This document shows positions 55,947 to 63,079 of a stretch of DNA of 64,000 nucleotides, one piece after another. This DNA is from a virus. Lineage: Duplodnaviria; Caudoviricetes. Within the stretch, counting starts at the first letter, position 1; each line of letters begins with the position of its first letter. Location: IMG/VR virus record IMGVR_UViG_3300027759_000043; one strand, 5' to 3'. A program made the translations under genes and the position numbers. The notes under the pieces were generated by a model. It did no database searches. It saw nothing but the letters and a program-made list of their open reading frames with translations, and was not told where the DNA came from.

Positions 55947-56067
55947 CCATATAGAAGTATTCTTGGCATAAGTCAAAGCAGGAGAAGAAGCCTAGTATCT
56001 GCAGATGCGAAAGTTTCAGTGGTGCAAATCCCCTCCTAGGCCTGCCGTCGAGAGTGCTTCTATATGG
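55947..56067 (+). ncRNA. Stem-closed RNA cassette 2 with T-loop-like motif
   Basis: 21-bp terminal stem CCATATAGAAGTA.../...TGCTTCTATATGG; GCCTAG/CTAGGC; GGTGCAAATCC. Confidence 0.6.
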
Positions 56068-56068
56068 T

Positions 56069-56227
56069 AGATGTTATAGTCAAGCATCGATAAGGTATCG
56101 TGTATGGACGCATACACTATTCGGGTCACAGCGGCCGGCGACTGATCCTAATATAACTGCATTCGGCTTTTGCACTCTTAGCGGAGGACGCATAAATTGG
56201 CATTCTCGGTGCTTGACTATAATATTT
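56069..56227 (+). ncRNA. Stem-closed RNA cassette 3
   Basis: 19-22-bp stem TGTTATAGTCAAGCATCGA/TCGGTGCTTGACTATAATA; inner GTGTATG/CATACAC, GGGTCA/TGATCC. Confidence 0.6.
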
Positions 56228-56302
56228 GGTCCGATAGTATATCGGTTAGTATTTCGCACTGTCACTGCGAGGAGACGGGTTCGATTCCCGTTCGGACCGC
56301 CA
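56228..56302 (+). tRNA. tRNA-Asp(GUC)
   Basis: GGTCCGA/TCGGACC, anticodon CT-GTC-AC, G73, CCA. Confidence 0.93.
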
Positions 56303-56309
56303 AGTTTTT

Positions 56310-56386
56310 GAGAGCCGCATCGCCCTGATACTTCCCTCGGTAACGAGACACTAGGTCTTGCAACAGCGGCTCTCCCCTTTAAGGAG
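56310..56386 (+). promoter_or_regulatory. Candidate cis-regulatory RNA upstream of feoA
   Basis: 9-bp stem GAGAGCCGC/GCGGCTCTC; CTCG-GTAA-CGAG; CTCC can pair with SD GGAG. Confidence 0.45.
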
Positions 56387-56392
56387 TTGACT

Positions 56393-56629
56393 GTGACTGA
56401 TACATTAAACAACTTGTCAGCAGGCATTACTGCTACTATTGACGACATAGTAGGCAATCACAGTTACACTGATAGATTAAAGAGCATGGGGTTCCGATCA
56501 GGACAAAGTATTCAAGTTCTTAGACGAACTCCGCATTGTATGCATGTGCGAGTGGGTTTCAGTGAGTGGGCCATACGCAACCAAGATGCAAAGTTAGTAA
56601 AAATTATTCCCCGAGAGCAATCTAGGTGA
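56393..56629 (+). CDS. feoA: FeoA-family SH3 protein
   Basis: L..G.TATI..I.G......RL..MGFRSG..I.V.R......VRV....AIR..DA..V; GTG start 6 nt after AAGGAG. Confidence 0.8.
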   Translation: MTDTLNNLSAGITATIDDIVGNHSYTDRLKSMGFRSGQSIQVLRRTPHCMHVRVGFSEWAIRNQDAKLVKIIPREQSR

Positions 56630-56683
56630 AGGCGGCGGACTGTTAATCCGTGAAGCCTGGTTCGAATCCAGGTCGGGGAGCCA
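56608..56683 (+). tRNA. tRNA-Asn(GUU)
   Basis: TCCCCGA/TCGGGGA, CT-GTT-AA, GGTTCGAATCC, CCA. Confidence 0.92.
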
Positions 56684-56703
56684 ACCTCTTAATAAGTATC
56701 GTT

Positions 56704-57366
56704 ATGACATTCGAAGATTTATGTATATTATTTTACTATCCTCCTTCTGCTGGTGGTAAGTTTATTATCAACAGTTTGAGTCTTAGTAAAAATTGTGTGT
56801 TACATTCTAATGAACTTGCGCAATGGGAACTAGATCAAACTGATATTGATTTGTTATACAAAAAAAAATTAGAAACTATCTTAAAAACTGTTCCTGAAAA
56901 TGCACTAGATGGCACTTGGCAAAAATATGAATTAGGAGACTCTTGGTTTCAAGACAAAAATCTAACGATAACACCAGATCTTCAGAAGATTATCAATAGT
57001 TCAAAACATTTTTGTTCCATATATCATAACGTTGACGAACTTCGATTAATTTTATCAATGTATCCAAGAACTCGTGTTGTAAAACTTACCAACTATGTTA
57101 ACTGGATGATTTACTGTAGTGCAAAAACAAGAATAACAGATATTGATGAAAAAAGAATCCATTGGTCGTTTATTGATAAAAATGAAATAGAATCTCCGAC
57201 AGTTGACTGGATTCTTATCGATATCGATAATTCAATAAGATCTATGGCCGTGATGCAACAGCAAATAGAAATACTTTATAACAAATTAGGATTCGACGAC
57301 TTTGACGAATCACGGTGGCGGCAGTACTATATCAAGTATGCTCAAAGTCACAAATTGGCTCCGTAG
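56704..57366 (+). CDS. Hypothetical protein (paralog of 61296-61946; possible sulfotransferase-like P-loop)
   Basis: YYPPSAGGKFI..SLSLSK vs YFPGAGGNFI..CLSLSK. Confidence 0.7.
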   Translation: MTFEDLCILFYYPPSAGGKFIINSLSLSKNCVLHSNELAQWELDQTDIDLLYKKKLETILKTVPENALDGTWQKYELGDSWFQDKNLTITPDLQKIINSSKHFCSIYHNVDELRLILSMYPRTRVVKLTNYVNWMIYCSAKTRITDIDEKRIHWSFIDKNEIESPTVDWILIDIDNSIRSMAVMQQQIEILYNKLGFDDFDESRWRQYYIKYAQSHKLAP

Positions 57367-57433
57367 TTCAGTCCGGCAGAACGTTGGTCTCCAAAACCAA
57401 ATGTCAGAGGTTCAAATCCTTTCGGGGTCGCCA
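57357..57433 (+). tRNA. tRNA-Trp(CCA)
   Basis: GGCTCCG/CGGGGTC, CT-CCA-AA, GGTTCAAATCC, CCA. Confidence 0.92.
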
Positions 57434-57438
57434 TACAT

Positions 57439-57526
57439 GGAGGTATCGCATAGCGGTCGATTGCACGGGACTGTAAATCCTGCGTCCCAAGGGACCTCGG
57501 TGGTTCAAATCCATCTACCTCCACCA
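57439..57526 (+). tRNA. tRNA-Tyr(GUA)
   Basis: GGAGGTA/TACCTCC, CT-GTA-AA, long variable arm, CCA. Confidence 0.93.
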
Positions 57527-57529
57527 TAT

Positions 57530-57603
57530 GCCTCGTTAGTTTAATGATAGAACTCCGTCTTTACACGGCGGTTACGGCAGTTCGATTTTGTCACGAGGTA
57601 TCA
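57530..57603 (+). tRNA. tRNA-Val(UAC), 3' end TCA rather than CCA
   Basis: GCCTCGT/ACGAGGT, TT-TAC-AC, TTCGATT loop. Confidence 0.8.
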
Positions 57604-57610
57604 TTGCTTA

Positions 57611-57618
57611 TATAAATA
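57611..57618 (+). promoter_or_regulatory. T4-type late promoter
   Basis: TATAAATA, the gp55 consensus. Confidence 0.7.
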
Positions 57619-57622
57619 ACTT

Positions 57623-57712
57623 GAGCAACGCCAGCAAGGGCTGACGTCGGACTTGATATTGACGCCTAGGGTAGAGAAACCCTTTTACTAGTGTGTTACA
57701 CGTAGAACGCCA
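57623..57712 (+). ncRNA. Candidate structured leader with repeated RACGYC motifs
   Basis: AACGCC, GACGTC, GACGCC, AACGCC flanking hairpins CAGC/GCTG, AGGGT/ACCCT, CTAGTG/CAC-TAG. Confidence 0.4.
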
Positions 57713-57794
57713 ATTCCCGTAAACATATTTCTATGTAAAGCCAGAAACATCAACAAACACTATAACAAAGTGTAAATTACTTTTTGGAACTATT

Positions 57795-58676
57795 ATGAAA
57801 AAACTTTACATACTCTTATGCTCTGTTCTGTATTTTTGTATTGCAAGCGCGGCACCTGTTAACATTATTTTACCAGTGCCGCCAGGCGGTGTCATGACCG
57901 ATCTTGCAATGGCTCTGAGTCAAACGTTGACCGATGAAGGCATTGAAAATTTTGTATCGTATCTGCCCGGTGCAGATGGTGACATTGCATATAATACTGT
58001 GCTAAAACAACAAGATAATGTTATCTTTGAAGTTGCAGTGGCACACTCAGTATTCAGCAACGTTCTTCGTGACCGAGACAATATCTACACCAAGAATATG
58101 ACAATGATTGCACCTGTTATCCGTTCACCACTTGGATTTGTGTCTAATAACAAAAACTTTGGCTCATTTCGCGAGTTGATTGAGTATGCAAAATTAAATC
58201 CTTTGCCTTGCGGAGTAAGTGCGCCACATGGTTCAGCAGAACTAGCACGTATAAACAAAAAGTATGGAACAAGATTTGAATCAGTTCCTTACAAAGGCAA
58301 TAGTCAGTTGCGCCCTGATCTAGTAGAAGGCACATTAAGATGTGCCCTTGACAGTGTAGGATCTCACATTCCTTTGCACAATGACGGCAAACTCAAAATC
58401 CTGTCAGTTACTCATGCCACGCGAGGACTGGATGTTCTAATGATGGATCGAGTACTGCCTGGATACACATTCGATAATTGGTTTGGATTTGCTATTCCCA
58501 AGGATAGCAACATATTAAAAGACGAGCGTGTGATGAAAGTTGTTAACAACTTACACAAGTCTAAAAAACTTGAGCCATTACTTGATGCTGGATTTTTACA
58601 TGCTGTTCCACAATCAAACATCGAAAAGATCATGGATCAACAAACTGATCAGTACCGCCAACAGTTGAAAAAGTAA
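57795..58676 (+). CDS. Bug/TctC-family extracytoplasmic solute-binding protein
   Basis: Signal peptide; PVPPGG..D; PGADG.IA; F.ELIEYAK; VPYKG....DL..G. Confidence 0.82.
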   Translation: MKKLYILLCSVLYFCIASAAPVNIILPVPPGGVMTDLAMALSQTLTDEGIENFVSYLPGADGDIAYNTVLKQQDNVIFEVAVAHSVFSNVLRDRDNIYTKNMTMIAPVIRSPLGFVSNNKNFGSFRELIEYAKLNPLPCGVSAPHGSAELARINKKYGTRFESVPYKGNSQLRPDLVEGTLRCALDSVGSHIPLHNDGKLKILSVTHATRGLDVLMMDRVLPGYTFDNWFGFAIPKDSNILKDERVMKVVNNLHKSKKLEPLLDAGFLHAVPQSNIEKIMDQQTDQYRQQLKK

Positions 58677-58677
58677 T

Positions 58678-59796
58678 ATGTACGCTTACAAGATCGACAA
58701 TCAGTTTTTTAACAATATCTATTTGGCCTTACACGAGGCAAGAAAAACTCGCAAGCAGATAGAATTTTACTGTAACGATCAAGAGTTTGACAAGTACAAC
58801 TGGACAAGCGAACCAGAAGCAACGTTAGATTTTCTCATGTCGGTCTATGCCACAAGACTGCGAAATCAACACAAACGTTTGATAATGGCATACAGTGGTG
58901 GAACAGATAGTCACACCATATACAATGTTTTTAAAAACAACAATATTCACATTGACGAGATTGTTGTCAAGACAGAGAAAAGTTCCAATCATCTTCCTAC
59001 TGCTACTGCGGATTGGTTAAGAAACAATCATTGGGATAAGACCACACTGATCACCGAGGTTGATAATTTTGATCAAGACCTCAAACTAAAAGAATCACCT
59101 GATGAAGACTGGATCTGGCGTAACGAGCGTAGCCTGTTCATGTACGGAATATCTCCAATGGGCCAAGGCATTATTGATCGGCTTGAACAGCGTTATGGAA
59201 ACACTGACTTTCGTTTGATTTGCGGGGTCGAAAAACCACGACTGATTTACAGAAACAAACATTGGTATCACCGTCAGATGGGCTTGTGTTTCCATCAAAT
59301 CATGGGCCACGAAAAAATTGTTCCGTTCTTTATGGAACCGTTGATTGCAATCAAACAAGCGCACATGTGCAAGCAAGCAGTCAAGCAATTGATTGCTGTA
59401 AACAAATTACCGTTGTATGACAACGATTGGGCTGAAGCCAAGTGGAATAAAACTCCCGAAGGATATCGTGCATGGTGCAACGGCACCGGACGTCACGATG
59501 AATTGTTTCTAGGTGTGAGTCCTGCACAAAAGGCGCTGAATGAAGTATTAGATCGAGTCGAATTTAACTTGTCTGGCAACTGGAAAAAAATGAACAATTC
59601 TAAAGATTTTAGATTATTGTATGACTTGCAAGATTCCAAACAGACTGCTGTAAACTATACCAAAGGCTTTTTGAACTTGTCAAGTGAGTTTGGATTCATT
59701 GGATGGCTTCAAGAAAACGGTTGGCTACGAAACTCTGAATCAGAATTACGTAGACTAAATTTTGTATGGTCCAAAGAATATGATTTGGGCCCGTAA
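58678..59796 (+). CDS. PP-loop alpha-hydrolase (asparagine-synthase-like)
   Basis: MAYSGGTDS PP-loop; ICGVEKPRL. Confidence 0.65.
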   Translation: MYAYKIDNQFFNNIYLALHEARKTRKQIEFYCNDQEFDKYNWTSEPEATLDFLMSVYATRLRNQHKRLIMAYSGGTDSHTIYNVFKNNNIHIDEIVVKTEKSSNHLPTATADWLRNNHWDKTTLITEVDNFDQDLKLKESPDEDWIWRNERSLFMYGISPMGQGIIDRLEQRYGNTDFRLICGVEKPRLIYRNKHWYHRQMGLCFHQIMGHEKIVPFFMEPLIAIKQAHMCKQAVKQLIAVNKLPLYDNDWAEAKWNKTPEGYRAWCNGTGRHDELFLGVSPAQKALNEVLDRVEFNLSGNWKKMNNSKDFRLLYDLQDSKQTAVNYTKGFLNLSSEFGFIGWLQENGWLRNSESELRRLNFVWSKEYDLGP

Positions 59797-59809
59797 AAAA
59801 GGATAAAAT

Positions 59810-60466
59810 ATGGACATAGGCGTTGATTATAAAAGACTAAGCGATTTTCCAGTGAAAATTCTTCAGCCACTACAAGAACTGGCATCAACAATGGATTGGT
59901 CATTACCGGACTTTGATAGGAACGGTGATTATTTGAACAACGCCATTGTTAGGGTGCCATATGGTATTCGCAAAGAACCACTGCAATCATTGACGCCAAT
60001 TATTCAACAGTTTTTAGATGCGTTTGCTCCCATTGACGCCTACATGAAAACGTTGTATCCACAACATGTATTCATCAAATGCGAAATGAACTGGCTCAAG
60101 CCTGGCGAAGTAGTGCCAATTCATAAAGATAATTGTTGGTGGCACAAACATTGTCCTCGTGTGCATGTTCCTGTAATCACAAACAAGCAATGTGGTTGGG
60201 TAGTAGAAGGACGTTTGCATCATCTACCAGTGGGCAGTTACTATGAAGTCAACAATAGAAAATTCCATTCTGCTGTTAACAATGGCAACAATGGTAGGTT
60301 GCACCTGGTGTTTGATATCATGGAACAATCGGTGTATGATAATGCTGTTGCCGCAGGAATCGACATTAGTCATCAAGACATTGTTGATCATAAACTGAGC
60401 AGTTGGGATCAATTGCCTAACGACAAAGATAACCGTCTGTTGGCTTCACTGGGGTTTGTTTTATAA
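59810..60466 (+). CDS. Aspartyl/asparaginyl beta-hydroxylase-like 2OG-Fe(II) oxygenase
   Basis: LKPG...PIHKD, RVHVPV.TN, EVNNRKFHSAVN, RLHLVFD. Confidence 0.85.
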   Translation: MDIGVDYKRLSDFPVKILQPLQELASTMDWSLPDFDRNGDYLNNAIVRVPYGIRKEPLQSLTPIIQQFLDAFAPIDAYMKTLYPQHVFIKCEMNWLKPGEVVPIHKDNCWWHKHCPRVHVPVITNKQCGWVVEGRLHHLPVGSYYEVNNRKFHSAVNNGNNGRLHLVFDIMEQSVYDNAVAAGIDISHQDIVDHKLSSWDQLPNDKDNRLLASLGFVL

Positions 60467-60480
60467 AACTCTTTGTTGTG

Positions 60481-60509
60481 TTGACAAACAACAACTAATC
60501 GTATATAAT
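60481..60509 (+). promoter_or_regulatory. Sigma70-type promoter for second tRNA block
   Basis: TTGACA-17-TATAAT. Confidence 0.88.
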
Positions 60510-60528
60510 ACATGATAATAGAAACAAC

Positions 60529-60606
60529 GCACTGGTGGCAGAGTGGTCCAATGCATGGGATTGCAAATCCCAAAAGCCGCTGGTTCAAATCCAGCCCAGT
60601 GCTCCA
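60529..60606 (+). tRNA. tRNA-Cys(GCA)
   Basis: GCACTGG/CCAGTGC, TT-GCA-AA, U73, CCA. Confidence 0.93.
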
Positions 60607-60611
60607 AACGT

Positions 60612-60840
60612 TCCAGCGTCACTGGATAGTCTGACCCAGACGATGAGAAGTACAATGACATGTACGGGTGGTTCTGAAGAGGCAAATCTTCACATGGTAA
60701 CATGCGGTCCAACCTAACCGGCGTTAGCAACACGATAGCGGTCCCTGTCGGGAAGCGGGTGGAAGGAGTACAAGTTGCGGTGTGTAGTGGAAAGACTATC
60801 ACTCAATGCTCTATAATTACCGCCGGGGGACGCAGAGCAT
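60612..60840 (+). ncRNA. About 230-nt multi-hairpin RNA between tRNA-Cys and tRNA-Met
   Basis: At least seven short hairpins (TCCAG/CTGGA, GTCTG/CAGAC, GTACA/TGTAC, TGAAGA/TCTTCA, CATG-GTAA-CATG, CTAAC/GTTAG, ATGCTCT/AGAGCAT). Confidence 0.55.
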
Positions 60841-60848
60841 CTTATTAC

Positions 60849-60923
60849 CGCGGGATGGAGAAGCGGTAACTCGTCAGGCTCATAACCTGAAGATCGGCGG
60901 TTCGATTCCGTCTCCCGCAACCA
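60849..60923 (+). tRNA. tRNA-Met(CAU), initiator-like
   Basis: C1:A72 mismatch, CT-CAT-AA; only two G-C pairs at the base of the anticodon stem. Confidence 0.9.
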
Positions 60924-60924
60924 A

Positions 60925-60998
60925 GCCCTTTTAGTTTAATGGTAAAACAGTTGATTTGTAATCATCAGACGTTAGTTCGATTCTATCAAGGGGCGCCA
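60925..60998 (+). tRNA. tRNA-Thr(UGU)
   Basis: GCCCTTT/AAGGGGC, TT-TGT-AA; one U-U mismatch each in anticodon and T stems. Confidence 0.8.
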
Positions 60999-61012
60999 TA
61001 CTAGGAAACATT

Positions 61013-61261
61013 ATGTTAGAATATGTCATCACCTTCTTTGCAGTATTTGCCACTGACTTGATCTATGTGTACTTTGTGAAATCAATTCAAGACAATCGTC
61101 CGCTGATGGCGGCTTGGTGGAGTATGGCGGTGACCTTTACTGCCAGTGTGGCAGTGATCAATTACACTGCGGATCACTGGGCCTTGATTCCGGCTTTGTT
61201 AGGTGCTTATTGCGGTACCTTGTTTGGCATGTGGATCAAGCGAAGAATCAACTCCGATTAG
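61013..61261 (+). CDS. Small membrane protein
   Basis: Three hydrophobic helices; AGGA SD. Confidence 0.8.
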   Translation: MLEYVITFFAVFATDLIYVYFVKSIQDNRPLMAAWWSMAVTFTASVAVINYTADHWALIPALLGAYCGTLFGMWIKRRINSD

Positions 61262-61295
61262 CATAACCCGGCAGCGCCTGTGATTTGAGACTAAT

Positions 61296-61946
61296 TCAAA
61301 TAAATGGGTCGACTCGTAATGATCGCCATTCCTGATAATAAAGTATACTACAATCAATTTCAGGAGTTAACTTTAATGCATCACAAACCATCAAGTATTG
61401 TTCCATGAAATAATCCACGCCTTTAAGAATTTGTGTCATTGACATTGTGACTGTAATCGGCAGCGCCTTTATTGTGATTTCTTCTGTGTATTGTTCATCG
61501 GTTATTTGATAGGAGGGTAAGAATATGCCAAACTGTTTAAAATAATTGAAAGAATTTTCTATCCAATGTCCATATTTTCCACAGTCAAGTTCAAGGAAAA
61601 CAATTTTTTCAAGATAAGATAATCTATCCTGATAAGTGTTAGTATGGTTTGTAACAATAGACCAATCAAAGCAAGAGTCCATCAATGGATTTTTATAATA
61701 AAAGTCTGGAGCAAAAAAATCATCACGATTATTATGAAATCTTTTAAAATCCTCCAAAGATTTGAAGCGCACCAGGTCTTTTCGTTGTTTTGCTGACATT
61801 GATTTTATTTGAATTATTTCTTCATCTGAACAGACACTAATTGGTTTGTGATAATATGGAACTGTTTCTTTGCTCAACGACAGACAAAATTTTATAAAAT
61901 TTCCTCCAGCGCCGGGAAAATAAATTACAGAGCAAGGTTTTATCAT
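61296..61946 (-). CDS. Hypothetical protein (paralog of 56704-57366)
   Basis: IYFPGAGGNFI motif. Confidence 0.7.
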   Translation of the reverse strand: MIKPCSVIYFPGAGGNFIKFCLSLSKETVPYYHKPISVCSDEEIIQIKSMSAKQRKDLVRFKSLEDFKRFHNNRDDFFAPDFYYKNPLMDSCFDWSIVTNHTNTYQDRLSYLEKIVFLELDCGKYGHWIENSFNYFKQFGIFLPSYQITDEQYTEEITIKALPITVTMSMTQILKGVDYFMEQYLMVCDALKLTPEIDCSILYYQEWRSLRVDPFI

Positions 61947-61969
61947 AGGATTACTTATAGAGTTACATA

Positions 61970-62053
61970 GCGAGCATGAGAGAATTGGTAGATTCCAAGA
62001 ACTTACAATTCACTGCGAGATACGTCTCAATTCGACTCCGGGTGCTTGCACCA
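61970..62053 (+). pseudogene. Degenerate tRNA, probably derived from tRNA-Leu
   Basis: Intact acceptor GCGAGCA/TGCTTGC-A-CCA and AATTGGTAGA D-loop, but broken anticodon and T stems. Confidence 0.6.
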
Positions 62054-62223
62054 GGTGGTATCTAATTTAAACTCACGTTTGGGATTTATTAGCATAGGGT
62101 CTATCACAAAATCTCTACGCACAGTAGAAAACCAGTGTTCACGATACTGGCCTTGAGCCGCTTTGTACAATTCTTCAATGCCATGTTCAGTATCAAATCT
62201 CATAGCAATATTTATTACAAGTA

Positions 62224-62898
62224 TTGCTCTCTCTAATGCTAACTAATAGCATGATCAAAAGAATTGTTGCATATGGGGACAGTATTACCTATGGATACGA
62301 CTTGCCTGACTGTGACGATTGCCCTAGCAATTTAACTTATGCCGCACTAGTGGCCAAGCATTACGGACTAGAGTATGAATGTCGTGCAGTAGGATCAAAC
62401 GCCAATCAAAGTATCACAAGAAATCTACTAGATTCAGAAATACTATCAACAGATCTAGTGATAATCATGTGGACTTTTATAGATCGTAAAGATTTTTTAT
62501 TTGATGGTGCACTAGGATGGCGCAGTATTTCCGTACACCATACATCTCAGTATCCTTTTGCAAGTGAGTATTATAGATATATCGATACCTCACTTGATTA
62601 CGAACTGTACTTGACTCATAAAGAAATTGTAATTGTGCAAAAATATTTAGAAGCAAATCACATACCTTTTTTATTTTTGTCTGCTACTGATACTATTCTC
62701 AAAAGTTTAAATTGGGATAATACAAATCTATTGCACCTAATAGACAGATCAAAATGGGTAATACCTTTCCAAGGTCAAGGATTTTACGATTGGACCAAAG
62801 ATCAACGTTTAACAGTGCCCAAAGGAGGACATCCAAACGAATCGGCCAATCGTATTCTTGCTGATTACATAATCAGTCAGGATTTAATTAGTAAGTGA
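62224..62898 (+). CDS. SGNH hydrolase-like protein
   Basis: AYGDSITYG, GSNANQSI, GHPNESAN. Confidence 0.72.
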   Translation: MLSLMLTNSMIKRIVAYGDSITYGYDLPDCDDCPSNLTYAALVAKHYGLEYECRAVGSNANQSITRNLLDSEILSTDLVIIMWTFIDRKDFLFDGALGWRSISVHHTSQYPFASEYYRYIDTSLDYELYLTHKEIVIVQKYLEANHIPFLFLSATDTILKSLNWDNTNLLHLIDRSKWVIPFQGQGFYDWTKDQRLTVPKGGHPNESANRILADYIISQDLISK

Positions 62899-62907
62899 AA
62901 ATATAAA

Positions 62908-62997
62908 GGAGACGTGGCCGAGTGGCCTATGGCACCGGATTACTAACCCGGCGAGGTAGCAATACCTCCGTGAGTTCGAATCTCACCGTCTCCGCCA
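62908..62997 (+). tRNA. tRNA-Ser with ACU anticodon
   Basis: GGAGACG/CGTCTCC, G73, long variable arm GAGGTA-GCAA-TACCTC, loop TT-ACT-AA. Confidence 0.85.
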
Positions 62998-63003
62998 GTC
63001 AAA

Positions 63004-63077
63004 GCGGGATTAGTTTAATGGTAAAACGAGATCCTTCCAAGTTCAAGTCAGCGGTTCGATTCCGCTATCCCGCTCCA
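63004..63077 (+). tRNA. tRNA-Gly(UCC)
   Basis: GCGGGAT/ATCCCGC, U73, CT-TCC-AA; anticodon stem has two mismatches. Confidence 0.85.
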
Positions 63078-63079
63078 GA

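Noticed and set aside
55947-56067. Cobalamin riboswitch based on GGTGCAAATCC
   Set aside because: No B12 box or GGGAA-linked core, and no downstream gene; the T-loop alone is generic.
56310-56386. HDV-like (theta) ribozyme or SAM-I riboswitch after tRNA-Asp
   Set aside because: The nested topology does not fit the HDV double pseudoknot. Only fragments (AUC, CGGUAAC, AGGU) resemble SAM-I, with no kink-turn or P4.
55422-56457. Minus-strand ORFs 55422-55787, 55784-55969 and 56080-56457
   Set aside because: They are antisense to tRNAs and structured RNAs, with no SD or recognisable domain.
49958-59796. The two SGGxDS PP-loop proteins as QueC
   Set aside because: Both are about 380 aa, lack the QueC C-terminal CxxCxxC Zn cluster and lie far from the que genes.
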